Of a stretch of 42,454 bases of DNA, positions 1-9,538 are shown in pieces (the first letter of the stretch is position 1; each line of letters opens with the position of its first letter). The notes beneath the pieces were generated by a model. That model was not told the DNA's origin, made no database searches, and saw nothing but the letters and a program-made list of their open reading frames with translations. The stretch is from an uncultured Clostridia bacterium (lineage in GTDB: Bacteria > Bacillota > Clostridia > TANB77 > CAG-508), in assembly GCA_947628845.1 (NCBI GenBank), contig CANRBK010000003.1, forward strand, positions 1-42,454. Reading direction: 5' to 3'. The translations under genes and the position numbers were made by a program.

Positions 1-69
1 AGTACCATAAAAAATAAAATAGACAATAAAATACAATCTATGGAAATAATAAATTGTATAAGAAAATAA
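1..69 (+). CDS. possible 3' end of an upstream gene (STIKNKIDNKIQSMEIINCIRK*)
   Basis: Frame 1 is open from the window edge to TAA at 67-69; no family recognisable. Confidence 0.25.
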   Translation, partial: STIKNKIDNKIQSMEIINCIRK

Positions 70-300
70 TGTAAAAAGGATATGAGATAATTTTTACTTT
101 CAAAACTACATTAACACTACATTAATTTTTACAATTTTTTAATGCTTTTTGATTAAAAGTAAGAATTCAGTGTTTTCAGCACTTTCAGAAGTTAGAAAAT
201 TAATTATTCAGTTTATATGTGACAAAAAAATTAATCATTATGTATAAAAATGTAACAAAATAATAAAATTATTTTATAATAAAAAGATTGTAATGTTCGC

Positions 301-329
301 TTGAAAAAGAAAGAGTAATATTGTATAGT
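301..329 (+). promoter_or_regulatory. sigma-A promoter for small toxin ORF 1
   Basis: TTGAAA(301-306)-17 nt-TATAGT(324-329); conserved in copy 2. Confidence 0.7.
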
Positions 330-413
330 ATAAATCATAGAAAATGAGATAAAAGTAGATTTGTGTTGCCACTTTACTAGATAGTTTTACTATCAGAAAG
401 TGAGGTGGTGTTT

Positions 414-527
414 ATGAGTTTTATACTATTTTTAATAATAGCCTTAATGGCTTCTGCAACTATAAACGTAGCCTTATTAACGATTATATACATACAATAT
501 GTAAATTCAATAATAAATAAGGAATAA
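414..527 (+). CDS. 37-aa single-TM peptide, putative type I toxin (MSFILFLIIALMASATINVALLTIIYIQYVNSIINKE)
   Basis: SD GAGGTGGTG 402-410; hydrophobic helix with charged C-terminus; paralogue at 883-984; convergent antisense promoter. Confidence 0.75.
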   Translation: MSFILFLIIALMASATINVALLTIIYIQYVNSIINKE

Positions 528-618
528 AATAACAACACATTCTGCTCTTGACCGAAAGGAATGTGTTGTTATTACTTTTTATAAGTGGTAACCATATTGC
601 TATGGTTTCTCATTTTCT
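528..618 (-). ncRNA. putative antisense antitoxin RNA 1 (ends approximate)
   Basis: Downstream of the consensus minus-strand promoter at 625-653; contains hairpin AATAACAACACATTC...GAATGTGTTGTTATT (528-573). Confidence 0.55.
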
Positions 619-624
619 ATCTTT

Positions 625-653
625 ATTATACACAGATTAAAAAAATTTGTCAA
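625..653 (-). promoter_or_regulatory. perfect sigma-A promoter on the minus strand
   Basis: Reverse complement reads TTGACA-17 nt-TATAAT. Confidence 0.85.
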
Positions 654-764
654 ATGTAATTTTGATTTAATACTTTATAATGTGTTATACAAAATTACGC
701 AATGTTGTATAAAATTAAATTATATGTGACAAAAATGAGACAGAAAAATATTTAAAATGTTCGC

Positions 765-793
765 TTGAAATAAAAAGAAAAATAGTATATAGT
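765..793 (+). promoter_or_regulatory. sigma-A promoter for small toxin ORF 2
   Basis: TTGAAA(765-770)-17 nt-TATAGT(788-793). Confidence 0.7.
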
Positions 794-882
794 ATTAAAC
801 ATAGGAAATGAATAGAAAAGCAGATGTGAGTGTTGCCACTTTACTACATAGCGATTTGCTATGAGAAAGTGAGGTGGTGTTT

Positions 883-984
883 ATGCGATTTATGTTATTT
901 TTAATATATGGACTTATGATTTCAACAACATTAAACATAACCTTATTGACAATTATATACATAATTTGCACTAATAAGGAATAA
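883..984 (+). CDS. 33-aa single-TM peptide, putative type I toxin (MRFMLFLIYGLMISTTLNITLLTIIYIICTNKE)
   Basis: Same SD and architecture as 414-527; shared motifs LFLI, LLTIIYI, NKE*. Confidence 0.75.
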   Translation: MRFMLFLIYGLMISTTLNITLLTIIYIICTNKE

Positions 985-1071
985 ATACAAACACTACATT
1001 TTGCTTTGCACGGCAATGTAGTGTTTTGCTAATTTTATATGGCAACACACATTTCTGTATGTTCATTTCCT
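985..1071 (-). ncRNA. putative antisense antitoxin RNA 2 (ends approximate)
   Basis: Downstream of the minus-strand promoter at 1078-1106; hairpin AAAACACTACATT...AATGTAGTGTTTT. Confidence 0.55.
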
Positions 1072-1077
1072 ATAATT

Positions 1078-1106
1078 ATTATACACAGATTTTAAAAATT
1101 TGTCAA
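1078..1106 (-). promoter_or_regulatory. perfect sigma-A promoter on the minus strand
   Basis: Reverse complement reads TTGACA-17 nt-TATAAT. Confidence 0.85.
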
Positions 1107-1484
1107 ATGTAATTTTGATTTAATACTTTATAATGTGTTAAATCAAAATTTATGTATATAGGTTATTAAATAAAAATCACAAAAAGATAAAAAAATGAAA
1201 AATGCATTTACAAAAAAATTTGTAAATGGTATATTTTTAATATGAAAAAATAAAAGTGAAGCAACTGAAAATATGAATTTCAAAATTCTAATTATTTATA
1301 TAAAATATCATTAACTAATCATACATTTTCAACAAATGAATGTCCAACTGCTTTTGAATTATGGGCCTCAAATGATGGAGAAAAGTTGTACAAAAGGTAA
1401 TACATGTATATGTGAATTACAATTTTATTGTGTTGTAAATGAATAAAAAGTTAGATAAAAATATTATGTATAGGAGATATAAAT

Positions 1485-2756
1485 ATGGACCAATTATCTT
1501 ACTTAGAAATAAACGAAGAAAATGAGCAGATGTACTTATCTCAAATAGTTGATTTAGAATTAAAAGTTCTTAAAAAAATGGAAGAAGATGGGAAAATAGG
1601 GCAACTATTTATAACAGGAGAAGAAGGCATTTCAGAATATATACATTCAACTAAAGATATGGTAATGGTAGCAGTAAACGAAAATGGAAAAGTCGTTTCA
1701 GCTACGTATATTACGCAAGGACAGAAACCATTTACATACAATGACATTACAAAATATTTTAAATATGGAAATGAATATATCAAATACATTAAGTCTAAAT
1801 ATTCATCACCTGATTTATATAAAAAAGACATGTTTAACACTTATAAAGTAAAAATTGAAGCTTTTTCATATGCCAAAAAGATATTGCTAACTGAATTTAA
1901 TCAATATAATGGAGATATTATAGCCTTTTTACAACATGAACTAGATGAACAAGACAATGGATTTCATGAAAAAAGTATATTACGTGATAAACTAAACCAA
2001 TATATGTCTGACTATATTGAACAATTGGAAAAAACTCAACCAGGAGTTAAAAAGCTATATGAACAATTTTATTGGACAACCCTAAAGGATATAGAAAAAG
2101 AATTTCAAAACGATTTAAAAGATATGAATATAACAGACACAATTAAAGAATACGAAAAAATATTAGATAAATCAAAACTTAAGATTCATGAAATACCATC
2201 ATTTGACCAAAGCATATACTATTCTGCAAATACTGAAAATTCAATTGAAATAGACTCATATATAACAGACACTGAAAACAGAAACAATGGATTAGCAAGA
2301 ATTATAGTATATGAATGCCTTAAGAAAAAAATTATTGAGCAATTTGAGAAACAAGAGCAAAGAGAAATATTTTTATGCTCAACATTACATCGCGAAAACG
2401 TTTCTTCCAAATATGTTTCAGAATTTTTTGGATTAAGAGATAATCTATTTGTACGTAGAAGATATAATATAGATAGAGAAGTGCATATTTGCAAAATAAG
2501 TATAGAAAATTATAAAGAATACATTAAAGATATGGAAGAAAAATTAGCAGTTTTATATAAATACAATCCAAATAAAATTTCAATATTAATAAAAAAGAAC
2601 AATGAAATACTACAAGAACAAATGGATTATGAAATCGCTGAAATAAATAGACTTATGCTTAAAGAAAATAGCAAAAATATAATTGAATCTAAAGAAAGAA
2701 AAATCAAAAATCTTAAAAGCCAAATGATAAAATTTGACAAAATCAAAAAAATATGA
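1485..2756 (+). CDS. hypothetical protein, probable GNAT acetyltransferase fold with a large insertion
   Basis: SD AGGAG; IEIDSYITDTENRNNGLARII resembles GNAT motif A; STLHRENVSSKYVSEFFGL resembles motif B. Confidence 0.5.
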   Translation: MDQLSYLEINEENEQMYLSQIVDLELKVLKKMEEDGKIGQLFITGEEGISEYIHSTKDMVMVAVNENGKVVSATYITQGQKPFTYNDITKYFKYGNEYIKYIKSKYSSPDLYKKDMFNTYKVKIEAFSYAKKILLTEFNQYNGDIIAFLQHELDEQDNGFHEKSILRDKLNQYMSDYIEQLEKTQPGVKKLYEQFYWTTLKDIEKEFQNDLKDMNITDTIKEYEKILDKSKLKIHEIPSFDQSIYYSANTENSIEIDSYITDTENRNNGLARIIVYECLKKKIIEQFEKQEQREIFLCSTLHRENVSSKYVSEFFGLRDNLFVRRRYNIDREVHICKISIENYKEYIKDMEEKLAVLYKYNPNKISILIKKNNEILQEQMDYEIAEINRLMLKENSKNIIESKERKIKNLKSQMIKFDKIKKI

Positions 2757-2833
2757 TAAATTACTAAAGATGGAAACGCACATTATTTTTTAATAATGAT
2801 TAACGAACAACACATTCGTGTTGTATTTTTTTT
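2734..2833 (+). promoter_or_regulatory. promoter plus attenuator-like leader of the MATE gene
   Basis: TTGACA(2734-2739)-17 nt-TAAATT with TGn; mini-ORF METHIIF* 2770-2793; hairpin ACAACAC-ATTC-GTGTTGT (2807-2824) followed by a T8 run. Confidence 0.6.
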
Positions 2834-2857
2834 GCAAAAGGAAAAGGAGGAAAAAAA

Positions 2858-4867
2858 GTGGAAAACGAAGAAAACATATTAGGAAAAGAAAAAATAGGAA
2901 AACTAATAAAAAAATTTTCAATTCCATGTATAATATCACTATTAGTAAACTCTCTATATAACATAGTAGACCAAATATTTATTGGATGGGGAGTAGGATA
3001 TTTAGGAAATGGAGCAACTAATGTAGTATTTCCAATAACAATGATATGCTTATCATTTGCATTAATGTTTGGAGATGGTGCATCTGCATATTTAAGCCTA
3101 AAATTAGGAGAAAAGAAAAAAGAAGAAGCAAGTAAAGGTGTAGCAAATGGAATTACGTTAGCTACAATAGTATCACTAATTTTATGTGTTAGTATATTGA
3201 TATTTTTACCACAACTATTAAATGTATTTGGATGCACAGATGTACTAAGAAAGTATGCACTAACTTATGGAGGAATAATAACAATAGGATTACCATTTAT
3301 GATGTTAGGAACAACATTAAACTCAATAATAAGAGCAGATGGAAATCCAAAATATGCAATGACTTCAATGGTATTAGGTGCAATTTTAAATGTAATATTA
3401 GACCCAATCTTTATATTTGTATTTAAAATGGAAGTAGCAGGAGCAGCAGTAGCAACAATTATAAGTCAAATTTTAACATTTGTAATAAACATAAAATATA
3501 TAAAGAAATTTAAATCAATAAAATTAGACAAAGAAAAATTTTTATTACAAGGGAATGTAGCCAAAAAAGTAGCATCATTAGGAATTAGCAGTTTTATTAC
3601 ACAAATGAGTTTTGTATTAGTAGTAGCAGTAGAAAATAATTTATTATCAAAATATGGAGCTAACTCTAAATATGGTGCAGAAATTCCAATTACAGTATTG
3701 GGAATAGTTATGAAAGTAAGTCAAATATTAAATAGTATTATAGTTGGAATTGCAGTAGGTTCACAACCAATATTAGGATACAATTATGGAGCACAAAAAT
3801 ATGATAGAGTAAAGAACACATTAAAAATAGTTTTAACATCAAGTGTAGTTATTAGTACAATTGCATTTATATTATTCCAAACAATACCAGAAAAATTAAT
3901 TGCTATTTTTGGAAGCAGTGATGACGAAAATTACATACAATTTGCTTGTCTATCATTTAGAATCTATTTAATGCTATGTATATGTAATGGAATACAAATT
4001 CCATCAGGAATATTCTTCCAAGCAATTGGAAAAAGTGTAAAAAGTGCAATACTATCATTATCAAGGCAAATATTAATTTTGATACCAGCATTCTTTATAT
4101 TAGGTATATTATTTGGAATAGATGGTATATTATATGCGGGACCATTTGCAGATGGATTTGCATTTATAATTGCATCAACTTTACTTATAATCGAACTTAA
4201 ACATTTGAAAAATGAAAACATAACTAGTCAAGGACTACTAAATGGTGCAAGTACAGAAAATATATTAGACAAACATATAATAATAACAATTTCAAGAGAA
4301 TATGGCTCAGGAGGAAGATATATTGGTAAATTGATTGCAGAACAATTAGGAATAAAACTTTATGATAAAGAATTAGTAGAAAAAGTTGCAAAAGAAACTG
4401 GACTATCTGAAAAATATATAGAAAACAATGAACAAAAAAGAAATGCAATAGATACTTTAAACAATGGATACTACTTTGGTTTGAATAACAGCGATGAATT
4501 ATTCTTAAAAGAATCAGAATTAATACAAGAAATTGCAGATAAAGAATCATGTGTTATAATAGGAAGGTGTGCAGACTTTATATTGAAAGACAGAAAAAAT
4601 ATAATAAAAGCATTTATATATAGTAACATGGAAGATAAAATAAATAGAGCTACTCAATTCTATGGACTAAGTAAAGTAAAAGCAGAAAAAGAAATAAGAA
4701 GAATTGACAAATTGAGAGCAAACCACTATAAATATTATACAGAAAAAGAATGGGACAATCATTCAAATTATGATATTTGTATCAATAGTGATGCGTTAGG
4801 AGTAGAAAAATCAGCAGAATTAATTTGCAATATGGTAAAAGAAAAAACAAGTTTAATAGTAGGATAG
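2858..4867 (+). CDS. MATE family efflux transporter (MepA-like) fused to a C-terminal cytidylate kinase-like domain
   Basis: SLYNIVDQIFIG, IIRADGNP and NVILDPIFI MATE motifs; C-terminal ITISREYGSGG...VIIGRCAD...YDICINS; SD AGGAGG with GTG start. Confidence 0.9.
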   Translation: MENEENILGKEKIGKLIKKFSIPCIISLLVNSLYNIVDQIFIGWGVGYLGNGATNVVFPITMICLSFALMFGDGASAYLSLKLGEKKKEEASKGVANGITLATIVSLILCVSILIFLPQLLNVFGCTDVLRKYALTYGGIITIGLPFMMLGTTLNSIIRADGNPKYAMTSMVLGAILNVILDPIFIFVFKMEVAGAAVATIISQILTFVINIKYIKKFKSIKLDKEKFLLQGNVAKKVASLGISSFITQMSFVLVVAVENNLLSKYGANSKYGAEIPITVLGIVMKVSQILNSIIVGIAVGSQPILGYNYGAQKYDRVKNTLKIVLTSSVVISTIAFILFQTIPEKLIAIFGSSDDENYIQFACLSFRIYLMLCICNGIQIPSGIFFQAIGKSVKSAILSLSRQILILIPAFFILGILFGIDGILYAGPFADGFAFIIASTLLIIELKHLKNENITSQGLLNGASTENILDKHIIITISREYGSGGRYIGKLIAEQLGIKLYDKELVEKVAKETGLSEKYIENNEQKRNAIDTLNNGYYFGLNNSDELFLKESELIQEIADKESCVIIGRCADFILKDRKNIIKAFIYSNMEDKINRATQFYGLSKVKAEKEIRRIDKLRANHYKYYTEKEWDNHSNYDICINSDALGVEKSAELICNMVKEKTSLIVG

Positions 4868-4871
4868 GAAG

Positions 4872-5528
4872 ATGAAGAAAATAGTAAAATATTTAATAAT
4901 TATCATTTTTATAATAATAGCAATAATATTGCTGATAAATTTTTATGTAAAAATCTCTACTAGAAGTAAAATACTGAAAGAAACAGAATGCAACTTAGAA
5001 AATGTAGATTGTATTTTAGTTTTAGGTGCAGGAATATGGGGAGATAAGCCAAGCCCAATGCTAGAAGATAGATTATTACAAGCAATTTCTTTGTATAATA
5101 ATAAAGTAGCACCTAAAATAATAATGAGTGGAGACCATGGAAGAAAAGACTATGATGAAGTTAATGTTATGAAACAATTTGCAATAGACAAAGGAGTTCC
5201 ATCAGAAGATATATTTATGGATCATGCTGGATTTTCTTCATATGATAGCATTTATAGAGCTAAGGAAATATTTAAAGTAAAAAAAATTGTTATTGTGACT
5301 CAAAAATATCATTTATATAGAGCACTATATATAGCAAAACAATTTGATATAGAAGCATATGGAGTAGGAGCTGATCCAAGAAAATATGTAGGAGCTACTT
5401 ACAGAGAATTAAGAGAAATATTAGCAAGAGATAAAGATGTAGTAAAATGCATTTTTAGACCACAGCCAACATATTTAGGAGAAACAATTCCTGTTAGTGG
5501 CAATGGAGATGTAACAAACGATAAATAA
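4872..5528 (+). CDS. SanA/YdcF (ElyC) family protein
   Basis: N-terminal TM; LVLGAG, DRL, IMSGD, DHAGFSSYDS, VTQKYHLYRA, REILA motifs. Confidence 0.9.
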   Translation: MKKIVKYLIIIIFIIIAIILLINFYVKISTRSKILKETECNLENVDCILVLGAGIWGDKPSPMLEDRLLQAISLYNNKVAPKIIMSGDHGRKDYDEVNVMKQFAIDKGVPSEDIFMDHAGFSSYDSIYRAKEIFKVKKIVIVTQKYHLYRALYIAKQFDIEAYGVGADPRKYVGATYRELREILARDKDVVKCIFRPQPTYLGETIPVSGNGDVTNDK

Positions 5529-5603
5529 ATATATTAAATAGTATGTATATCCTTGAAAAATATGGAAAAAATATAATTAAATACATATTTTAAGGAGGTA
5601 CAA

Positions 5604-5945
5604 ATGGAATCTAGTAAGCTAAAGAACATGGTAGTTTTAAGAAATTTGCCATCAAATATTATAGATGAAGCTATAGTAGTACTAAAAACTAATAAAAAAG
5701 TAAAAAAACTTCAAAAGATAGAACAGAAGAATAAAATAAAAAATAGTGAAAATGAAAATAAAGACAAAGATTATATTTTAAAAGAAGCGGAGATGTTATT
5801 AAATAGTTATATTTCAAAAGTAGAGAATAATGATAAAAGAAATATTTTTAATAAGGATGTAAATAAAAAGTATAATAAATTAAAAAACTATGCAATAGCA
5901 ATAACTATATTTAGCATATTACAGGCAATAGTAATAATATTTTAA
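5604..5945 (+). CDS. conserved clostridial hypothetical protein with C-terminal TM
   Basis: SD AAGGAGG; LPSNIIDEAIVVLK and ILKEAE blocks; C-terminal hydrophobic segment. Confidence 0.7.
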   Translation: MESSKLKNMVVLRNLPSNIIDEAIVVLKTNKKVKKLQKIEQKNKIKNSENENKDKDYILKEAEMLLNSYISKVENNDKRNIFNKDVNKKYNKLKNYAIAITIFSILQAIVIIF

Positions 5946-5950
5946 AAATA

Positions 5951-6002
5951 AAAAAATAGAGAAAAATGAAGATATTCTTCAAATTTCTCTATTTTCTTTT
6001 TT
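5951..6002 (+). terminator. intrinsic terminator
   Basis: AAAATAGAGAAA...TTTCTCTATTTT stem followed by a T-run. Confidence 0.6.
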
Positions 6003-6105
6003 ATATTGTAGGAAAGTTCTATTTTATTAAAACTTGTCTCACTTTTATTCATAAAATAAAAATAGCAACATATAGTTTATAAAGAAACAAAAGAGAGGTG
6101 TAAAA

Positions 6106-7020
6106 ATGGAAAGGATAATGTCTGTTGAAGAAAAAATAAGGAGAGCAGAAGAAATATACGCAAGAAGACAAGGAAATGCACAAATGAAAACAGCAACTGT
6201 AACCATAAACAAAGAAAATAAAAAAGATGTAAAACTACTAAAAAAAATGGTAATACAAATATTATTAAGCTTACTAATATATTTAGTAATAAGCGTAATT
6301 CAAAATAGTAATTACATATTTTCAAAAGACTTTTTAAATAAAATAAATGAAATTTTGTCATATGATATGAATTTTACTCAAATGTATAATGATTTAAAAC
6401 AAAATATAGAACAAGGAATAAACAATATGAAAAAAAATAACAATAATGAAACAGGTAATATCGATGAAATGGCAATTGGAGGAGCAGAAGAAATAACAGA
6501 GATTGAAGAACAATCAAATGAACAAGAAGTTGATAGAACTGAAAATAATAATGGACAAGATAACATACAGAATGAAAATTCTGCCACTGAACCATTGTCA
6601 CAAGAAGAACAAGATATTCTTAATATAAAAGCAACAACAAGCTTTATAAAACCTATATCAGGCACTATAACATCAAGATTTGGAGAAAGAGAAACAAATG
6701 TAAGTACAATACCAAAAAACCATACAGGAATAGATATTGCTGCAAATATAGGAACAAAAATAATTTCATCAACAGAAGGAGAAGTTGTATTAGCATCTGA
6801 AGAAGGAGACTATGGAAAACATTTAAAAGTACAAATAGGAGAAGTAAGCATTATATATGCACACTGCAATAATTTATATGTAAAACAAGGAGATAAGATA
6901 ACTCAGGGACAAGAAATTGCAGAAGTAGGCTCTACAGGAAATTCAACAGGACCACATCTACACTTTGAAATAAGATTTTCTGAAAGAATAATTGACCCTG
7001 AAAAAATATTAGAATTGTAA
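6106..7020 (+). CDS. M23 family peptidase, SpoIVFA-like
   Basis: TM anchor, acidic linker, HTGID and GPHLHFE motifs; directly upstream of an M50 protease. Confidence 0.85.
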   Translation: MERIMSVEEKIRRAEEIYARRQGNAQMKTATVTINKENKKDVKLLKKMVIQILLSLLIYLVISVIQNSNYIFSKDFLNKINEILSYDMNFTQMYNDLKQNIEQGINNMKKNNNNETGNIDEMAIGGAEEITEIEEQSNEQEVDRTENNNGQDNIQNENSATEPLSQEEQDILNIKATTSFIKPISGTITSRFGERETNVSTIPKNHTGIDIAANIGTKIISSTEGEVVLASEEGDYGKHLKVQIGEVSIIYAHCNNLYVKQGDKITQGQEIAEVGSTGNSTGPHLHFEIRFSERIIDPEKILEL

Positions 7021-7033
7021 AAGAGGAAAAAAT

Positions 7034-7690
7034 ATGAGATTTAGAATAGACTTAAAAATATTCATCTTTCTTATACTATTTTACTTTACAAAACAAATAA
7101 AAATATATAGTTTTATTATGATTTTTGCTATAATCCACGAATTTGGACATTTGTTAGCAGGAATAGTTATGGGAATGAAACCAGAAAAAATAGAAATAAT
7201 GCCTTTTGGAGTATCAATTTCTTTTAAGATAAATACAAAAGAATATAATAAAAAGATAAAAAAAGGAAATATATTAGAAATAAAGAAAATAATAGTTGCC
7301 TTATCAGGACCGATAACAAATTTACTTATAATAATTATTGCAAATAATATGAAATTACAAAACATAGATAAAATCATAACAATATATACAAATTATCTAA
7401 TAATGATATTTAACTTATTACCAATTTATCCACTTGATGGAGGAAGAATTTTAAACGGAATCTTACATATAAACTTTGGAAAAAGAAAAGCAGAAGAATA
7501 TACTAATAACATTTCAAAAATAATGGTAATTATAATAACAATTATATCTAGTATATTGATATTATATATACAAAACATATCAATTATATTGATAGATATA
7601 TACTTATGGTATCTTGTTATTAAAGAAAATATAATAATAAAAAAGAGACAAGATATTTATAAAAAAATACTTGAAAATGAATCCATTTAA
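7034..7690 (+). CDS. spoIVFB: M50 site-2 protease, SpoIVFB-like
   Basis: HEFGH zinc motif, GPITN, FNLLPIYPLDGGRI; synteny with the M23 gene. Confidence 0.75.
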   Translation: MRFRIDLKIFIFLILFYFTKQIKIYSFIMIFAIIHEFGHLLAGIVMGMKPEKIEIMPFGVSISFKINTKEYNKKIKKGNILEIKKIIVALSGPITNLLIIIIANNMKLQNIDKIITIYTNYLIMIFNLLPIYPLDGGRILNGILHINFGKRKAEEYTNNISKIMVIIITIISSILILYIQNISIILIDIYLWYLVIKENIIIKKRQDIYKKILENESI

Positions 7691-7726
7691 TAGTAAACTA
7701 ATACTAAAGAAAAAAGGAGAAAATTC

Positions 7727-9442
7727 ATGTTAAAAAATATAATAAAAAAAGAAAATGGTATTTCCATGATTTCACTAGTAGTAACAATAATTATTTTGCT
7801 TATAGTAACAAATATGTTGATATACAATGCAAAAGATAGTATACATATAAAAGCATTGACTAATTTATATAGTGATATAGAATTATTAAGAGAAAAAGTT
7901 TTTGAATATTATAATGAATATGGTCAGATACCAGCTAAAATAAAATATACCAATATAGGTAATTTATCAAATGCAAATATATTAAGTGTTAATAATGATA
8001 TAGGAGATTTTTATGTAATTGATTCAGAAGCAATGATGGGAATTACATTAAATTATGGAAAAGATTATGAGAAGATAAAGGATAATCAAGAAAATGCAAA
8101 TAGTTATACAGATGTATATATAATAAATGAAAATAGTCACAATATATTTTATGTCCAAGGTATAACAATAACAGAAAATAATGAAACAAAAACATATTAT
8201 ACAGACTATACAGAGCCAGATGAAACAACAATAGATTTAAGATATACAGATAATATTTTAATACCAGAAGGATATTACTACATAGGGAAAGAAGCTGATA
8301 GCAGTGGTAACCAGAGCGTGATTATTTCTACAAATAAAGATGAAAAAATAGATAATACTAGTCAAACGCAATATATATGGCAAAAAGAGATTTCAAATAT
8401 AGATAAAATACCAAGTACAATTGTCTTATCAGAAGAACAAGATGAAGATGAATTTATAAAAAGTGTAAATCATTATAAAGGATATTTTAAAAATAAAAAC
8501 AAGGTAACAGATATAGATATCATTTATCTTACAATAAAAGAAAATAAATGGTCAGAAGAATATACAGAAAATGGAAAATATGTAGACAAAAATGGAAATG
8601 TAGCATATATTCCAAAAGGTTTTAGAGTAAGTTTAGCAGAAGGAACAAATGAAATAAGAGATGGCTTAGTAATAACAGATAAAATAGATGAAGATTTAAA
8701 TAGTGTAGGAAATGAGTTTGTATGGATACCAGTAGAATATTTTGATGAATTTGTGAGAGAAGATTTTGAAGGAGTATTAACAGAGAGCGATTTCATATCA
8801 ACAGAACCAACAGAAGAAAAATATTATGAACCATTAGGCGATGGACAAGCAATAGATGAAACAGCAAGTGACAATATTAAAGAAGTACAGAAAATGTATA
8901 AAAGTATAAAAGAATATAAAGGATTTTATATAGGAAGATATGAAACTGGAATAGAAATAGATACACCTAGGACAAGTACTTCTGCAATATCACAAGAGCC
9001 TGTAATAAAAAGAAACAAGTATATATATAATTATATTTCTTTTGGAAATAGTAGTACAGATGAAAGCGTAGGAGCAGTAGAAAAAGCAAGAGGTATGTAT
9101 GAAAATAGTACTTTATGTTATGGAGTGCAATGGGATGCTATTATGAGATGGATAAGCCAAGATTCCTCAATAAATTATATTTTAGAAGATAGTTTAGAAA
9201 ATGGAAATTATAATACAGAAGGCAAATTAGCAAAATCAGGACTTAAAGAAAAATATCAAATAAAAAATATATATGATTTAGCTGGTAATGTAGCTGAATG
9301 GACAATGGAAACATATGATTTAGAACAAAAAGTGTTAAGAGGAGGGAAAAGCGGAGGAACAGAAAAAATAACAAATAGAGAAAAAAATAATATAGATACA
9401 GAATCTGGCTTATATGGATTTAGAGTTGCATTATATATTTAA
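7727..9442 (+). CDS. type IV pilin-like protein with C-terminal FGE-sulfatase/C-type lectin-like domain
   Basis: Class III leader KKENG|ISMISLVVTIIILLIV; GNEFVWIPV, GFYIGRYE, IYDLAGNVAEWT, RGG, GFRVALY. Confidence 0.8.
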   Translation: MLKNIIKKENGISMISLVVTIIILLIVTNMLIYNAKDSIHIKALTNLYSDIELLREKVFEYYNEYGQIPAKIKYTNIGNLSNANILSVNNDIGDFYVIDSEAMMGITLNYGKDYEKIKDNQENANSYTDVYIINENSHNIFYVQGITITENNETKTYYTDYTEPDETTIDLRYTDNILIPEGYYYIGKEADSSGNQSVIISTNKDEKIDNTSQTQYIWQKEISNIDKIPSTIVLSEEQDEDEFIKSVNHYKGYFKNKNKVTDIDIIYLTIKENKWSEEYTENGKYVDKNGNVAYIPKGFRVSLAEGTNEIRDGLVITDKIDEDLNSVGNEFVWIPVEYFDEFVREDFEGVLTESDFISTEPTEEKYYEPLGDGQAIDETASDNIKEVQKMYKSIKEYKGFYIGRYETGIEIDTPRTSTSAISQEPVIKRNKYIYNYISFGNSSTDESVGAVEKARGMYENSTLCYGVQWDAIMRWISQDSSINYILEDSLENGNYNTEGKLAKSGLKEKYQIKNIYDLAGNVAEWTMETYDLEQKVLRGGKSGGTEKITNREKNNIDTESGLYGFRVALYI

Positions 9443-9538
9443 GAATAATCTAAAAACTTAAACTTGAAACATAAAATAATTGACTTTTTAATCTTTTCGT
9501 TGTATTATATATACATAAAAATCCTAAGGAGGAAAGAT

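Larger units (their letters stand above)
212..1140. repeat. diverged tandem duplication, two units (~212-688 and ~720-1140)
   Basis: Shared blocks TTATATGTGACAAAAA, AATGTTCGCTTGAAA, GTGTTGCCACTTTACTA, GAAAGTGAGGTGGTGTTTATG and TTTGTCAAATGTAATTTTGATTTAATACTTTATAATGTGTTA each occur twice. Confidence 0.9.

Noticed and set aside
795-1016. 73-aa minus-strand ORF
   Set aside because: It is antisense to the better-supported plus-strand peptide (SD, paralogue) and I saw no SD for it.
1200-1480. Possible sRNA or leader upstream of 1485
   Set aside because: Only weak pairing and no recognisable family; cannot be supported from sequence alone.
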